A stretch of 64,000 bases of DNA from Promethearchaeota archaeon. Its GTDB lineage: Archaea > Asgardarchaeota > Lokiarchaeia > Sigyniarchaeales > SOKP01. This document shows, piece after piece, positions 1-10,056 of this stretch (the stretch's first letter is position 1; each line of letters starts with the position of its first letter). The stretch covers positions 480,001 through 544,000 of the forward strand of contig JBHLNF010000001.1 of NCBI GenBank assembly GCA_048937405.1, in the 5' to 3' direction. A program made the translations under genes and the position numbers. The notes under the pieces are model-generated. The model was given only the letters and a program-made list of their open reading frames with translations. It was not told the DNA's origin and searched no databases.

Positions 1-368
1 AATATTTTAAAAATATAATTGTTAGAATCTTTACTTATTTCATTTATTTTATTATTAAAAGCATAATCAAATTGATTAATAAGATTCTTAATTGGTACTT
101 CTTTGTTATAGGCATCTAAATAATATCCACACATAGAGCATCCTCCATAATCACTTAATGCCCAACTACATCCTCTCGTCCGTAAAATAATTGTAAAAGT
201 CTTTCCTATTTCATTAAGTAACCTGTCATCTTTAATCCAATAACTTATTGGGTGTGATAATTTTTCTTCCTTATAGACCCCTTTACGTTTATAAGCATTT
301 TGTTTAATTAACTTAATCTTCTCAATTAAACTTTCCTCTTCTTCCAAGAGATTAGTATACCCATTCAT
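1..368 (-). CDS. Archaeosine biosynthesis radical SAM protein RaSEA (TIGR01210-like), 5' part; runs off the window start
   Basis: Manual translation from ATG at 368: MNGYTNLLEE...WIKDDRLLNEIGKTFTIILRTRGCSWALSDYGGCSMCGY. The LRTRGC...GGCSMCGY motif is typical of this family. Overlaps the arcS stop codon. Not in the ORF track. Confidence 0.85.
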   Translation of the reverse strand, partial: MNGYTNLLEEEESLIEKIKLIKQNAYKRKGVYKEEKLSHPISYWIKDDRLLNEIGKTFTIILRTRGCSWALSDYGGCSMCGYYLDAYNKEVPIKNLINQFDYAFNNKINEISKDSNNYIFKI

Positions 369-2436
369 AGATTTTTGCAATTCTCCCATTTTTAGAATTT
401 TTTATGAAATTAGAACCAACAATTAGCTCCCCACTTCCTATTATCTCTTTCTTTCCTTTACTTACTATAATTACTTGACTGTATGGAATAAGGTCTTGAC
501 TATATTCTAATACACCAGTTCGAAATAAAGTATTTCCTTGAATTTCCTCTCCATCAAAAATAATAAAATGTGAATTAATCATCTGAGTAAATTGAATTAA
601 TCTTCTAAATCCTCTAATTGATAATTTAATTTGACCTGTTGATAAGTTAAAAAATCCTAATTTTTCGTGAGTCTTTGAATCATTTAATTCAATCTGATTT
701 TTATCTTTGAAATGAGTCAATTTTAAACCATTTAAATTAACCTTTCTTCCTGAACCAATTCCAAATTGATAATCTAAAATTTTAGCAAACTTTCTACTCC
801 AAGTTTTAGATAAAAATTCTTTATTTAGGTTTTGATTTCTTACTTGGAATAAATCTTTATATTCTTTAACTAATTCCTCTAATGATTGGAGAGATCGAAT
901 AGATGTTGTCTTATCTTCAATTTTAGAGAAATAAAAATTATGTGGTAATTTTGAAGATGCTCTTTTTACAATTTCAAGGTATCCATTCTTCAAATGACAT
1001 ATTATAGGGATATTTTTATCATATTTTTCTAATAATTTGACAAGCATTTCAGATGTTATATTTGTTTCTTCATTATCCCATTCTCCTGTAACGGAAATGT
1101 CATAAGCATTAACTGGATAAACATTTTCTAACTGTCTTGGTATTACTCCTAAAGGTGAAGTTAGAATGAATTCTTGAAATTTAGGAAACTCATTAAATTT
1201 TCTTAAAACACTGGTAAATTTTATATGTGATTTTGAATCCGAATAAGGTTTTTTTGCCGAACATGGTAGCAAAATTATTAAATTTGTCCATGGTTCTGGT
1301 TCGAAATTCTCAATTGTATTTTCTCGAAAAAATTGGAAATCTGGTCTATAGTATGATGAGGGTCCTAAACTTCTTATTATTTTACTTTTTTGTATTACTG
1401 ATGTTTCGTATTTAAGCTGTTCATAATATTCTTTATCCAATACTTTTAATATTGAAATTAAATTTGTATCATCTAAGGAAGATTTTTCTACAAAAGCTCT
1501 AAAATCTTCATAACTTAAATACTGCTTGATCTTATTCATATAATTTGAAGCTGTAATTAAATTATGTAAGCTCAGTAAATTCAATTTTTCAGCAGAATAT
1601 TTATTATCTAATATCTTTTTTAAATTATCATTACAAACTATACAGGAACAAGGAAAATATTTTACTTTATATATTGGTAAGAGATATTCTATTGTATCAT
1701 AGAAGTTTTCTGCAGATAGAAATAAAGAATAAGAACAATCAATAAGATCTATCCCTAAATATATTAATAATGGATAATATTTTGGTATAATTCTACCTGA
1801 TGCCATTAAAATTAAATTATTATCCAACTCAGTTTTTATCTTAGAAATTATTTTTAGAATATTTCTGTAATTGCTTAAATTATCAAAAAGACTAGCTATA
1901 TTCACTATTTTGATATTATCAAATTTATTTATAATTTCTATAAATAAATCGATTAATTCAGAAAAATCAAATGTTCTTATAGTTAAACCAAAATTTAAAT
2001 TTGGATAATCAATTAGTATTTTTTCTGCATTTTGAAGATAATTTTTTATTTCTTTTAAGGCAAATTCTTTAGTAATACTAGTAGTGGGGATATTAAAGGG
2101 AATAATTGATATAATATTATCCTCAGCAAAAATTTCAGTATTTTTTTTCAATATTTCTCGAAATTTATGAATTGTTCCAGAATGAATGAAGACAAATCCA
2201 TTATTTTTAAATTTCTCTCGTAAAAATCCAATTTTCAAGAAAAATTCTTTGGAAATTGTAAAAATCTTGTGATCCTCAAACTCTTGAATGAAATTTAACT
2301 GTTTCATTAATGCACTTTTTATAGGGATGATAATGTTTGGTGTTGAAACATATAGTTTTCGTTCCTTAGAAAAGACAATTCGCCCAATTCTCGAATAACC
2401 AATCTTTGTAGCTAATACTTCAAAGAAATATGTCAT
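352..2436 (-). CDS. arcS: Archaeosine synthase alpha subunit (TGT-like domain + DUF5591 + PUA)
   Basis: TGT-like N-terminus (SRIGRI...TPN; CSCIVC...LHN zinc motif), LLPCSAKKPYSDSKSH and ILTSPLGVIPRQLE..YP motifs, C-terminal PUA-like domain; adjacent to RaSEA. Confidence 0.88.
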   Translation of the reverse strand: MTYFFEVLATKIGYSRIGRIVFSKERKLYVSTPNIIIPIKSALMKQLNFIQEFEDHKIFTISKEFFLKIGFLREKFKNNGFVFIHSGTIHKFREILKKNTEIFAEDNIISIIPFNIPTTSITKEFALKEIKNYLQNAEKILIDYPNLNFGLTIRTFDFSELIDLFIEIINKFDNIKIVNIASLFDNLSNYRNILKIISKIKTELDNNLILMASGRIIPKYYPLLIYLGIDLIDCSYSLFLSAENFYDTIEYLLPIYKVKYFPCSCIVCNDNLKKILDNKYSAEKLNLLSLHNLITASNYMNKIKQYLSYEDFRAFVEKSSLDDTNLISILKVLDKEYYEQLKYETSVIQKSKIIRSLGPSSYYRPDFQFFRENTIENFEPEPWTNLIILLPCSAKKPYSDSKSHIKFTSVLRKFNEFPKFQEFILTSPLGVIPRQLENVYPVNAYDISVTGEWDNEETNITSEMLVKLLEKYDKNIPIICHLKNGYLEIVKRASSKLPHNFYFSKIEDKTTSIRSLQSLEELVKEYKDLFQVRNQNLNKEFLSKTWSRKFAKILDYQFGIGSGRKVNLNGLKLTHFKDKNQIELNDSKTHEKLGFFNLSTGQIKLSIRGFRRLIQFTQMINSHFIIFDGEEIQGNTLFRTGVLEYSQDLIPYSQVIIVSKGKKEIIGSGELIVGSNFIKNSKNGRIAKIYEWVY

Positions 2437-2591
2437 ATCTTCATTAAAGAGTATTATTTAGTCATTTAAATTTTTTAACTTTAAATTATGAAATCTCTCA
2501 AAAGTATTAAGAATTTATGTATTTAATTTCAATCCTTAAGTTAATATTGAGTAAGACTTAAAATATTTGATAATATATTAAATCATTAAGT

Positions 2592-3563
2592 TTAGAACAT
2601 TCTGAAATTTATATATGGTATTAATTCGTCCAACACAAAATTTGTATATGTATCTTCTATCTCTTCAGAACTATATAATTCTCTTATAAAGATAGCATAA
2701 TCTTCTATTTTTTTTACTCTAACAATTCCAAAGAGTCCATATTGCTCACCTATTCGAAATAAATATGTAATATTTTTGTTCATATCCAGCTTGAGAGCAA
2801 TCTCATTGTATTTTGAAGGATCTTTTGGTTTTATTCGAAGCAGATATTTTCCTTCAAATCCTATTTTTTTTGGACAAAAATTAACAGTATAATTTAAAAT
2901 AATATCTTGTTGTTCGAGTTTTTTAATTCTGTTATAAATCGTTGATTGAGATATTTCATTTTGAAGTTTTTCTTTAAATATATTCTTTATTTCATATGTG
3001 GATATTGGTTTAAGACCTTGATTGTCACGTAGTATATTCAGAATTTTATAATCGATATTGTCTAATTCGCTGGTTTTTAAATTTTTAAGACTAATTCCAT
3101 TTGTTTTAAATACTTTAATAGTTTCAATAATTTGATATTTTTTAAAATAAGACTTAGCCATTATATTATCAATATTGTTTAAAATTTGATAATATTCTTC
3201 AGGGGATTTAAATATAAATAGGGCAAATAATGAAAAATCTCCGATAATACCATCCAACATTCTTAGCTGAGGTATATCTAATAATTCTTTGACTAGCTTA
3301 GGTTCTTTCGGATTGGTTTTAATTTCCATCATTACATATTTCAATGAATTTGGACGAATATTTGGATTAATATTTATTGTAAAATTTTTAATTATTTTTT
3401 GATCTTTCAAAATATCAATTTTATTTTGATAAGTCTGTCTAGAGAGTCCAATCGCACGTGAAATTTTTGAAATTATAAATTTGGTTTTTCCACTTAAGTT
3501 TTTAATAAATTTTTGAGCTTCTACTTGATCAATGATATTATTCAAATTATGACAATTTTCCAA
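2592..3563 (-). CDS. Tandem (double) Lrp/AsnC-family transcriptional regulator
   Basis: Two HTH + ligand-binding units (ISRAIGLSRQT..NKIDILKDQKIIKNFT; ISQSTIYNRIKKLEQQDIILNYT). Divergent from ahcY. Confidence 0.8.
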   Translation of the reverse strand: MENCHNLNNIIDQVEAQKFIKNLSGKTKFIISKISRAIGLSRQTYQNKIDILKDQKIIKNFTININPNIRPNSLKYVMMEIKTNPKEPKLVKELLDIPQLRMLDGIIGDFSLFALFIFKSPEEYYQILNNIDNIMAKSYFKKYQIIETIKVFKTNGISLKNLKTSELDNIDYKILNILRDNQGLKPISTYEIKNIFKEKLQNEISQSTIYNRIKKLEQQDIILNYTVNFCPKKIGFEGKYLLRIKPKDPSKYNEIALKLDMNKNITYLFRIGEQYGLFGIVRVKKIEDYAIFIRELYSSEEIEDTYTNFVLDELIPYINFRMF

Positions 3564-3682
3564 TTTTTTTCTTTACTAATAATTAAGTGTTAAATATTAT
3601 ATATAAATTAATTGCACCTGACCAAAAAGAGCTTTATTAATTAATTAAAATTAATATTCTTATAAAAAACAAAGTGATTTAA

Positions 3683-4951
3683 ATGGTTAATTATAAAGTA
3701 GCTGATGAAAGTCTAGCAGAAAAAGGAAAAGAAGCATTGTATATCGCAGAAAGTAAAATGCCTGTCACTGCTAAGGTTATTCGTGAAAGATTTCAAAAAG
3801 AAAAACCACTAAAGGATATAACAATTGCAGGTTGTTTACACGTAACGAAAGAGACAGGTAATCTTGCTTTAACTCTTAAAGCTGGCGGTGCTGAAGTCTA
3901 TCTGTGCGGTAGCAATCCTTTATCAACTCAAGATGATGTAGCTGCAGCATTAATAAAGGAAGGAATTAATGTTTTTGCTTGGCATGGTAATACTGATGAA
4001 GAATTCTATTGGTGTATAAGGCAATGTTTAGATGCCAAACCAAACATCTTAATTGATGATGGAGGTGATATGATAGTCACTGCCCATCAAGAATACGAAA
4101 ATCTAATAAATTCAGATACCATTCTTGCGTGTCAGGAAGAAACTACCACTGGAGTTAAAAGATTCAAGGCAATGGACAAACAAGGAGTGTTAAAAGTGCC
4201 ATTATTTCCTGTTAATGATGCGCGATGTAAGAATCAATTTGATAACGAATTAGGTACAGGTCAAGGTATAGTCTCTGCGATTTATGGAATGCATGTTCTT
4301 TTTGCGGGGAAAAATGTAATCGTGGCAGGATTCGGTCACTGCAGCAGTGGAATGGCGTTGAGAGCTCGCGGTTTAGGTGCAAATGTAATTGTAACCGAAG
4401 TTGATCCGATTAAGGCTCTCCAAGCTAAATTTGCAGGATATCAAGTTATGCCTATAGCAGATGCTCTTTCTATTGCTGATATTATTCTAACAGCTACGGG
4501 TTGCAAGCATGTAATTTCCCCAACCAAAGAGATGTTTGATAAGTTCAAGGATGGAGTCATTCTCGGTAATCTCGGACATTTTGATATTGAAGTGCCAACC
4601 AAGGAACTTTACGAGTACGCTAAGGAAATTAAACCTATTCGTAGTAATGTAGAAGAATTAATCTTCCCCAACGGTAAAAGAGTTTATTTGCTGGCAAAAG
4701 GCCGTTTAGCCAACTTAGTGTTGTCAGAAGGACATCCTGCTGAGGTAATGGATATGTCATTCGGGCTTCAATCTCTAATGTCTGAATATATTGTCAAGAA
4801 CAAGGACTTATTAAAACCTGGAATAATTGATGTTCCAGTAGAGATAGATGACATGGTGGGCTTCTTAAAACTTCAATCTATGGGCGTTGAGATTGATAAA
4901 TTAACTGAGGAGCAATATAACTACATCCACGGCTTTCTTGAGGGGACCTGA
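3683..4951 (+). CDS. ahcY: Adenosylhomocysteinase
   Basis: GCLHVTKET, GSNPLSTQDD, DDGGD, EETTTG, GHFDIE, GRLANL..GHP.EVMDMSF motifs. Confidence 0.97.
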   Translation: MVNYKVADESLAEKGKEALYIAESKMPVTAKVIRERFQKEKPLKDITIAGCLHVTKETGNLALTLKAGGAEVYLCGSNPLSTQDDVAAALIKEGINVFAWHGNTDEEFYWCIRQCLDAKPNILIDDGGDMIVTAHQEYENLINSDTILACQEETTTGVKRFKAMDKQGVLKVPLFPVNDARCKNQFDNELGTGQGIVSAIYGMHVLFAGKNVIVAGFGHCSSGMALRARGLGANVIVTEVDPIKALQAKFAGYQVMPIADALSIADIILTATGCKHVISPTKEMFDKFKDGVILGNLGHFDIEVPTKELYEYAKEIKPIRSNVEELIFPNGKRVYLLAKGRLANLVLSEGHPAEVMDMSFGLQSLMSEYIVKNKDLLKPGIIDVPVEIDDMVGFLKLQSMGVEIDKLTEEQYNYIHGFLEGT

Positions 4952-4968
4952 GTAATCAGTATTGATAA

Positions 4969-4992
4969 TATTTTTTTTTTCTTAACTTTTGT
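4969..4992 (+). terminator. Probable archaeal oligo-T terminator after ahcY
   Basis: Run of 10 T at 4971-4980, about 20 nt after the stop codon. Confidence 0.45.
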
Positions 4993-5195
4993 TTAATTTG
5001 CACTAGGTAGATGAGATATTTGAAAATAGAATACTTTTTATTTCATAATATTTTTTTCTTTATTTTTTTCTGAATAGCATAAACAATGGTAAAACCAGCA
5101 TTCATTAAAAGATAGATTATGTTTAAAACAGGTTTTATCTAAACATTTAATTTGAAATTGAGAAAAAGAAATTAAATATAACTAGTAATGTGAAT

Positions 5196-6092
5196 CTATT
5201 TGAGGTTTTTTTGGATGAAGTTTCCTATTTTTTCAATAGCTTCTCTACCTTCTGGAGTAGAAGCCCCAACTCCTGCAAACACATGAATCATATCTTCCCA
5301 TACATCTAAGGTTACATCAACACCTGCTTTTTTAGCGCGTTCTGCAAATCGTGTGCAGTCATCAAGCAACATTTCAGATGTTCCGACTTGAATAAAAAGA
5401 GGAGGGAGTCCTTTAAGGTCTGCATATAAAGGAGAAGCTAAATAATCTTTAGGATCAGTTTCCCCTAAATATGATTCCGTCATTAATTTAGCATATTCAG
5501 GAGATAGAAATGGATCTACATCCACTTTTGTTGTCATCGATTCTCCTGTCCCTGCTAAATCTGTAGCTGGTGATAGACAAACAGCAGCAGCAGGAAACGA
5601 TACACCTTTTTCTTTCAAAGTCACTAAAGTAGATAATGTTAAACATCCGCCAGCAGAATCACCTCCAATAATCAAATTATTCGGGTTGATTTTTTCATTT
5701 GTAATAAGCCATTGATATGCCGCTACAGAATCACTTATACCAGCGGGAAAAGGATGTTCAGGAGCTAAGCGGTAGTCAATTGCTAGCATCCGAATTTTAG
5801 CTGCCCGAGAAATTCGGTAAATTAAATCCCGATGAGTTGCTATTGATCCTGCGATAAATCCTCCTCCGTGTAAGTATAACATTACATGGTCATGATTTAC
5901 ATTTGGAGTGGTAATCCATTCTGCTGGAACGCCTCCAGCATCTACAGGTTCACAATTTACATCTTTCGGTAGCCCTGCCATTTTGCCTAACTGTTCTAAA
6001 GCATTACGTATGATTTCAACTGTTGGTTCCCTTGTGATTTCCTGAACTCGTTTCAATATTTTAATAACCCTTTGCATTCCCTTGCTAACCAT
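5196..6092 (-). CDS. Alpha/beta hydrolase, hormone-sensitive-lipase family esterase
   Basis: HGGGF oxyanion motif, YRLAPEHPFPA, GDSAGG nucleophile elbow, late E/D and H residues. Confidence 0.92.
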   Translation of the reverse strand: MVSKGMQRVIKILKRVQEITREPTVEIIRNALEQLGKMAGLPKDVNCEPVDAGGVPAEWITTPNVNHDHVMLYLHGGGFIAGSIATHRDLIYRISRAAKIRMLAIDYRLAPEHPFPAGISDSVAAYQWLITNEKINPNNLIIGGDSAGGCLTLSTLVTLKEKGVSFPAAAVCLSPATDLAGTGESMTTKVDVDPFLSPEYAKLMTESYLGETDPKDYLASPLYADLKGLPPLFIQVGTSEMLLDDCTRFAERAKKAGVDVTLDVWEDMIHVFAGVGASTPEGREAIEKIGNFIQKNLK

Positions 6093-6186
6093 TATAAATT
6101 TCCCTCTCTCGATTAAATTAAGTTGAAAAATTTCTAATTCTTATGCCTAAATTTTATATTTTAATTTTAAGCATTTAATTAGAATT

Positions 6187-7632
6187 TTATATAGATTTTT
6201 TAAAATCATTTTTGTCATTTAAAGTTTTTTTCCCTCTCATAAATGACAAGAAAGCTCCAGCAAGGCAAATTATTGAGGAGACAATTAATAAAATTTGCAT
6301 TCCTATTACGAATTCTTGCTTAGCAGTAGGATCTGTTATTAATGTTGAATTTGATAATATTGGATTTAGAATGGAGAGAGGGATGAAAAGAGTTAATATT
6401 GCACTTAATAATGCTACACTAATTGATTGTCCAACCACACGCATGGTAGAAAGAGTTCCAGCAGCAATCCCGTGATCTTTTGGTTCTACAGCATTCATGA
6501 TAGCAGAATTATTCGGAGAAGAGAATAGTCCAATCCCAAATCCAACCACAAATTGGGTTATTAGAATATATATTATAGGTAAAAATCTTATAAATATACT
6601 TAAAATGATATATCCAATCGCCATAATAACCATCCCTAACGTCGTTAAAATCCTAGTTCCCCATTTATCTGAAAATCTCCCACTTAATGGGGCTATACTG
6701 GCCATTGTGATTGTTGTCGGTAATAAGAATAAAGCCGTAATAGCAGGCGAGATTCCTAATATTGATTGAAGATATATTGAAAGTAAAAAACTAACCCCCG
6801 ATATAGCTGTATAATTGAATAGAGCTGCAAAATTAGCAAATGAAAACACTTTATTTCTTCTAAATAAACTTAGTTTAAATAATGGATATTTTGCTTTACT
6901 TTCTATATAAATGAATAAGATAATACTTGATGTTGAAATAATCAATAATAAAATAACTTGAATAGAACCCCATCCAACTAGGTTAGCGATGGTCAATGCT
7001 AAAAGCAAAGTAACTAAGAATGACATAAAGAGTAGTGTCCCCCAAATATCAAATCTCTCTTCTTTTATTCCCGGATTTACTTTTCTTAGTTTAAACCATC
7101 CCACAATTATGAGAATAATTCCTATTGGAACGTTTATAAAGAATATAAGCCTCCAAGTGGAAAATTGGACAATTATTCCTCCTAAAACAGGTCCAATAAT
7201 TAATCCTAAATATATAGTTGCAACATTAATACCTAATGCTTTACCAGTCTCTTCTCGAGGAAAAATGTCTGTTATCATAGAAGGTGCATTCGCTGATATA
7301 AAGGAACTTCCAATACCTTGGATTGCTCTAAAAATTACTAATATAATTCCAGAGGCTACAAATGTAGAAAAAAAACTTGCAAATGTAAAAAGAAAGATTC
7401 CAAACAAAAAAAATAATTTTCTTCCTTTCAAATCCGATAATCTCCCGAAACTGATGAGAGTAACTGCTTGAACTAACAAATATATTATCGGAATCCATTG
7501 GACAACTTCAAATGATGTTTTTAAATCTCTTGAAAGAGAAGGTATCGCAATATTTACGATACTTGCATCTAAAGAAGACATAAATACTCCGATAGTCGTT
7601 ATTATTAATACAGTCCACTTATAACGTACCAT
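6187..7632 (-). CDS. MFS transporter, DHA2 (14-TM, EmrB/QacA-like)
   Basis: LDASIVNIAIP, GRLSDLKGRK and WRLIFFINVPIG motifs. Confidence 0.92.
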   Translation of the reverse strand: MVRYKWTVLIITTIGVFMSSLDASIVNIAIPSLSRDLKTSFEVVQWIPIIYLLVQAVTLISFGRLSDLKGRKLFFLFGIFLFTFASFFSTFVASGIILVIFRAIQGIGSSFISANAPSMITDIFPREETGKALGINVATIYLGLIIGPVLGGIIVQFSTWRLIFFINVPIGIILIIVGWFKLRKVNPGIKEERFDIWGTLLFMSFLVTLLLALTIANLVGWGSIQVILLLIISTSSIILFIYIESKAKYPLFKLSLFRRNKVFSFANFAALFNYTAISGVSFLLSIYLQSILGISPAITALFLLPTTITMASIAPLSGRFSDKWGTRILTTLGMVIMAIGYIILSIFIRFLPIIYILITQFVVGFGIGLFSSPNNSAIMNAVEPKDHGIAAGTLSTMRVVGQSISVALLSAILTLFIPLSILNPILSNSTLITDPTAKQEFVIGMQILLIVSSIICLAGAFLSFMRGKKTLNDKNDFKKSI

Positions 7633-7875
7633 TTTAATAATTCCTTATTTATAGGATTATGAATTCAAACATCTTCTACATTAAAAAGATTTTTCTAATG
7701 ATTTATTCATAAAAATAGAGTAGTACAAGCAAAAAAGAGACATCTTTTTTTCTCTGATTCAATTTATCCTATAATGAACTATTAATGCTTTTTTCTAACA
7801 AATTTTCGAGTTCTGACAAATATAGAGCTCTTTTACTTAACGCTTCAAAATAACTGGAGTATTTCTTAAGTATCT

Positions 7876-7970
7876 ATGATAGGATTCCTAAAACTACTAT
7901 CAATGGGCGTTGAGATTGATAAACTGATTGAAGAACAATATAACTACATCCACTGTTTTTTTTGAGGGGA
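7876..7970 (+). pseudogene. Displaced, diverged copy of the ahcY 3' end
   Basis: Translates MIGFLKLLSMGVEIDKLIEEQYNYIH versus ahcY 4853-4930 MVGFLKLQSMGVEIDKLTEEQYNYIH (23/26 identical), followed by a +1 T frameshift before GAGGGGA. Confidence 0.9.
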
Positions 7971-8112
7971 AAATATATTCAATATTTTTTATTTTTCATA
8001 TATTCTTTCAAAATTACCTTTAACTTATTTAAAAATGTTTTATTATTAGAATTATCAAGTATTTTTATTAATAAAAAATACTGATAATACCAAATCAATA
8101 ATTTAACTAATT

Positions 8113-9267
8113 ATGTTTGATGTAAATGATTGTGTTAGATGTGGAGTATGCTTAAAAAGCTGTCCTATAATAGATTTGGATATCGATCAAGCTAAGGAAG
8201 AAATTGAGAATCTTATTGCTGGTTCGAGTTTTATTGTTGACCAATGTGCAATCTGTGGGACATGTGATTTAAATTGTCCTAATGATTTAACTCCATCATA
8301 TTTAATTAAAGAATTGAAATTAGCAAAAATAAAAGAATTAGAAGAAAATGGCAAAATTCGACGTTCAAGTAAATTTATATTCCCTTTTAATAAACCAAAT
8401 GTTTTTGAGTTTTATGAAAAAGTAATGATGAGTTCTGATGAAGCAAAAAATTTGAAAGAATGGAAATCACCTTCAAAATCTGAAGATCTGGTTTTACTAG
8501 GATGCTCTATTTCATATTTTATGCAGTATTTATTCAAAAATCCTACACTTGAAGGATTATTAGAAGGAAAAAGCTTTGCTGGAGGTATTGATTTTTGTTG
8601 TGGCGAAGTTTATCATAGAACGTGTATGCCTCTTCCGAATATTGATTTTGAAGAGCATTTATATTCTAAATTTTCTGACTTAGGAGTTAAACGATTAATT
8701 ATTTTTTGTAATGAATGCTATGAAGCTTATAAACATGAATATAAAAGGATTTCTAATGATTTTGAAATAATCTCAATTTGGAAATATATTGTAAGAGCAA
8801 TTGAATCAGGCAATTTAAATATAACAAATAAATTGAATCTTAAAGTCGCATTTCACGATTCATGTGTAGTAAAAAAATATCCTGAGTTATTGGATTATCC
8901 TCGAAAAATCGTTGAACTAACAGGTTGTGAAATAATAGAATTAGAACATAATCGCGAAAATGCGTTATGTTGTGGTTTATCTCTTGGTTTACTGGATCAA
9001 AAATTTATGGAAAAAATCCGAACGAAAAGATTTAGAGAATTTAAGAAAGCAGATACAAAATATATAATTAATACTTGCCCTGGGTGCATTTCTAACTTTG
9101 CATTTGATTATCGAATTCAAATGAAGAAATACAAGGTTTTATCTGTATTAGAACTCTTAAGAATGAGCTGTGGTGAAGAAATTAATTTATTTAAAAATGT
9201 AGAGGTTTTTAATGGTATATTAAATAAATCTATGGAGCTGTCAAGAAAAAGAAAGATGGAAAGGTAA
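8113..9267 (+). CDS. Fe-S oxidoreductase, HdrD/GlpC-like (2x[4Fe-4S] + CCG domains)
   Basis: CVRCGVCLKSCP and CAICGTCDLNCP ferredoxin motifs; two CCG motifs; HDSC; CPGC. Confidence 0.85.
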   Translation: MFDVNDCVRCGVCLKSCPIIDLDIDQAKEEIENLIAGSSFIVDQCAICGTCDLNCPNDLTPSYLIKELKLAKIKELEENGKIRRSSKFIFPFNKPNVFEFYEKVMMSSDEAKNLKEWKSPSKSEDLVLLGCSISYFMQYLFKNPTLEGLLEGKSFAGGIDFCCGEVYHRTCMPLPNIDFEEHLYSKFSDLGVKRLIIFCNECYEAYKHEYKRISNDFEIISIWKYIVRAIESGNLNITNKLNLKVAFHDSCVVKKYPELLDYPRKIVELTGCEIIELEHNRENALCCGLSLGLLDQKFMEKIRTKRFREFKKADTKYIINTCPGCISNFAFDYRIQMKKYKVLSVLELLRMSCGEEINLFKNVEVFNGILNKSMELSRKRKMER

Positions 9268-9450
9268 AATATTGCTGAATCTCTTTTTAATCTTAGGTAA
9301 TTTAGTTAATAATAGTTAAGAAATATAATGAAAAATAGAATAAGATCTTAAAAACTTATATCATTTCTGCTTTTTCTTAAATAATAAAAAATCACTATTC
9401 CATAACTTATCATCCAAGATTATATTATTATTTTTTTGGATTACCCAGAA

Positions 9451-9900
9451 TTATTTGTTTACTAATTCGATTGTTTTTCTATCTTCAACTTTTATTTCCA
9501 TTACAATTTTACCAAATCCTCCACATTTTAAACCGACATCCCCCGTACAATCAGAACGTTTAAATCTCATTTTATTAGAATCAACACCAGCATAATACAA
9601 TTCATTTGCAGCAAAGATTAAATGAGCTAATGCACTTAAAGCATATATACAAATTTTTTTAGGGCCATATTTTGTAAGTAATTGTCCAATCCCATTAAAA
9701 TAAAATTTATCGCCTACTTTATGTTGTGCAGTACAACCATGAGAGCAAACGACTTCAGTAATTATAGTTCGATCTAATAGTTTTAATGATTTTGAAATTG
9801 CCTCTAAATTTCTAGGATTTTCAAATAAAGTTTGTAATTCCTCATTTGTTTATCCATAGTGTTCCTTAATTTTATTCTTCATATCATCATTTATTTTCAT
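9451..9900 (-). pseudogene. 149-codon Cys-motif protein gene interrupted by an in-frame TAA at codon 17
   Basis: GGAGGT SD, then ATG at 9900: MKINDDMKNKIKEHYG*TNEELQTLFENPRN...SHGCTAQHKVGDKFYF...ICIYAL...CTGDVGLKCGGFGKIVMEIKVE; stop at 9850-9852. Not in the ORF track. Confidence 0.75.
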
Positions 9901-10056
9901 AATTTACCTCCATTATGGTTTTTGATTCTTAAATTTTTTAGTTTCACAAAATAGATTCTATTTTAAAAAGACTTTCGATAAAAGAAAACTAATTTTAAGT
10001 TGAAATTGAAAAATTAATATCCATCAATAATCAAAAATTACTCACTTCATTTCAAA

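Noticed and set aside
6212-7471. Plus-strand ORFs inside the DHA2 transporter gene (and similar short antisense ORFs inside dnaG, ftsY, iolG, the MFS gene, the kinases and smc)
   Set aside because: They lie opposite or within well-supported genes, have no motifs, and have the composition expected of shadow frames.
7730-7875. Short coding-like minus-strand stretch (ILKKYSSYFEALSKRALYLSELENLLEK)
   Set aside because: No start codon context and no recognisable family; too weak to call.
9850-9852. Stop-codon recoding in the 9451-9900 gene
   Set aside because: The stop is TAA, which is not used for Sec or Pyl; a nonsense mutation or sequencing error is simpler.
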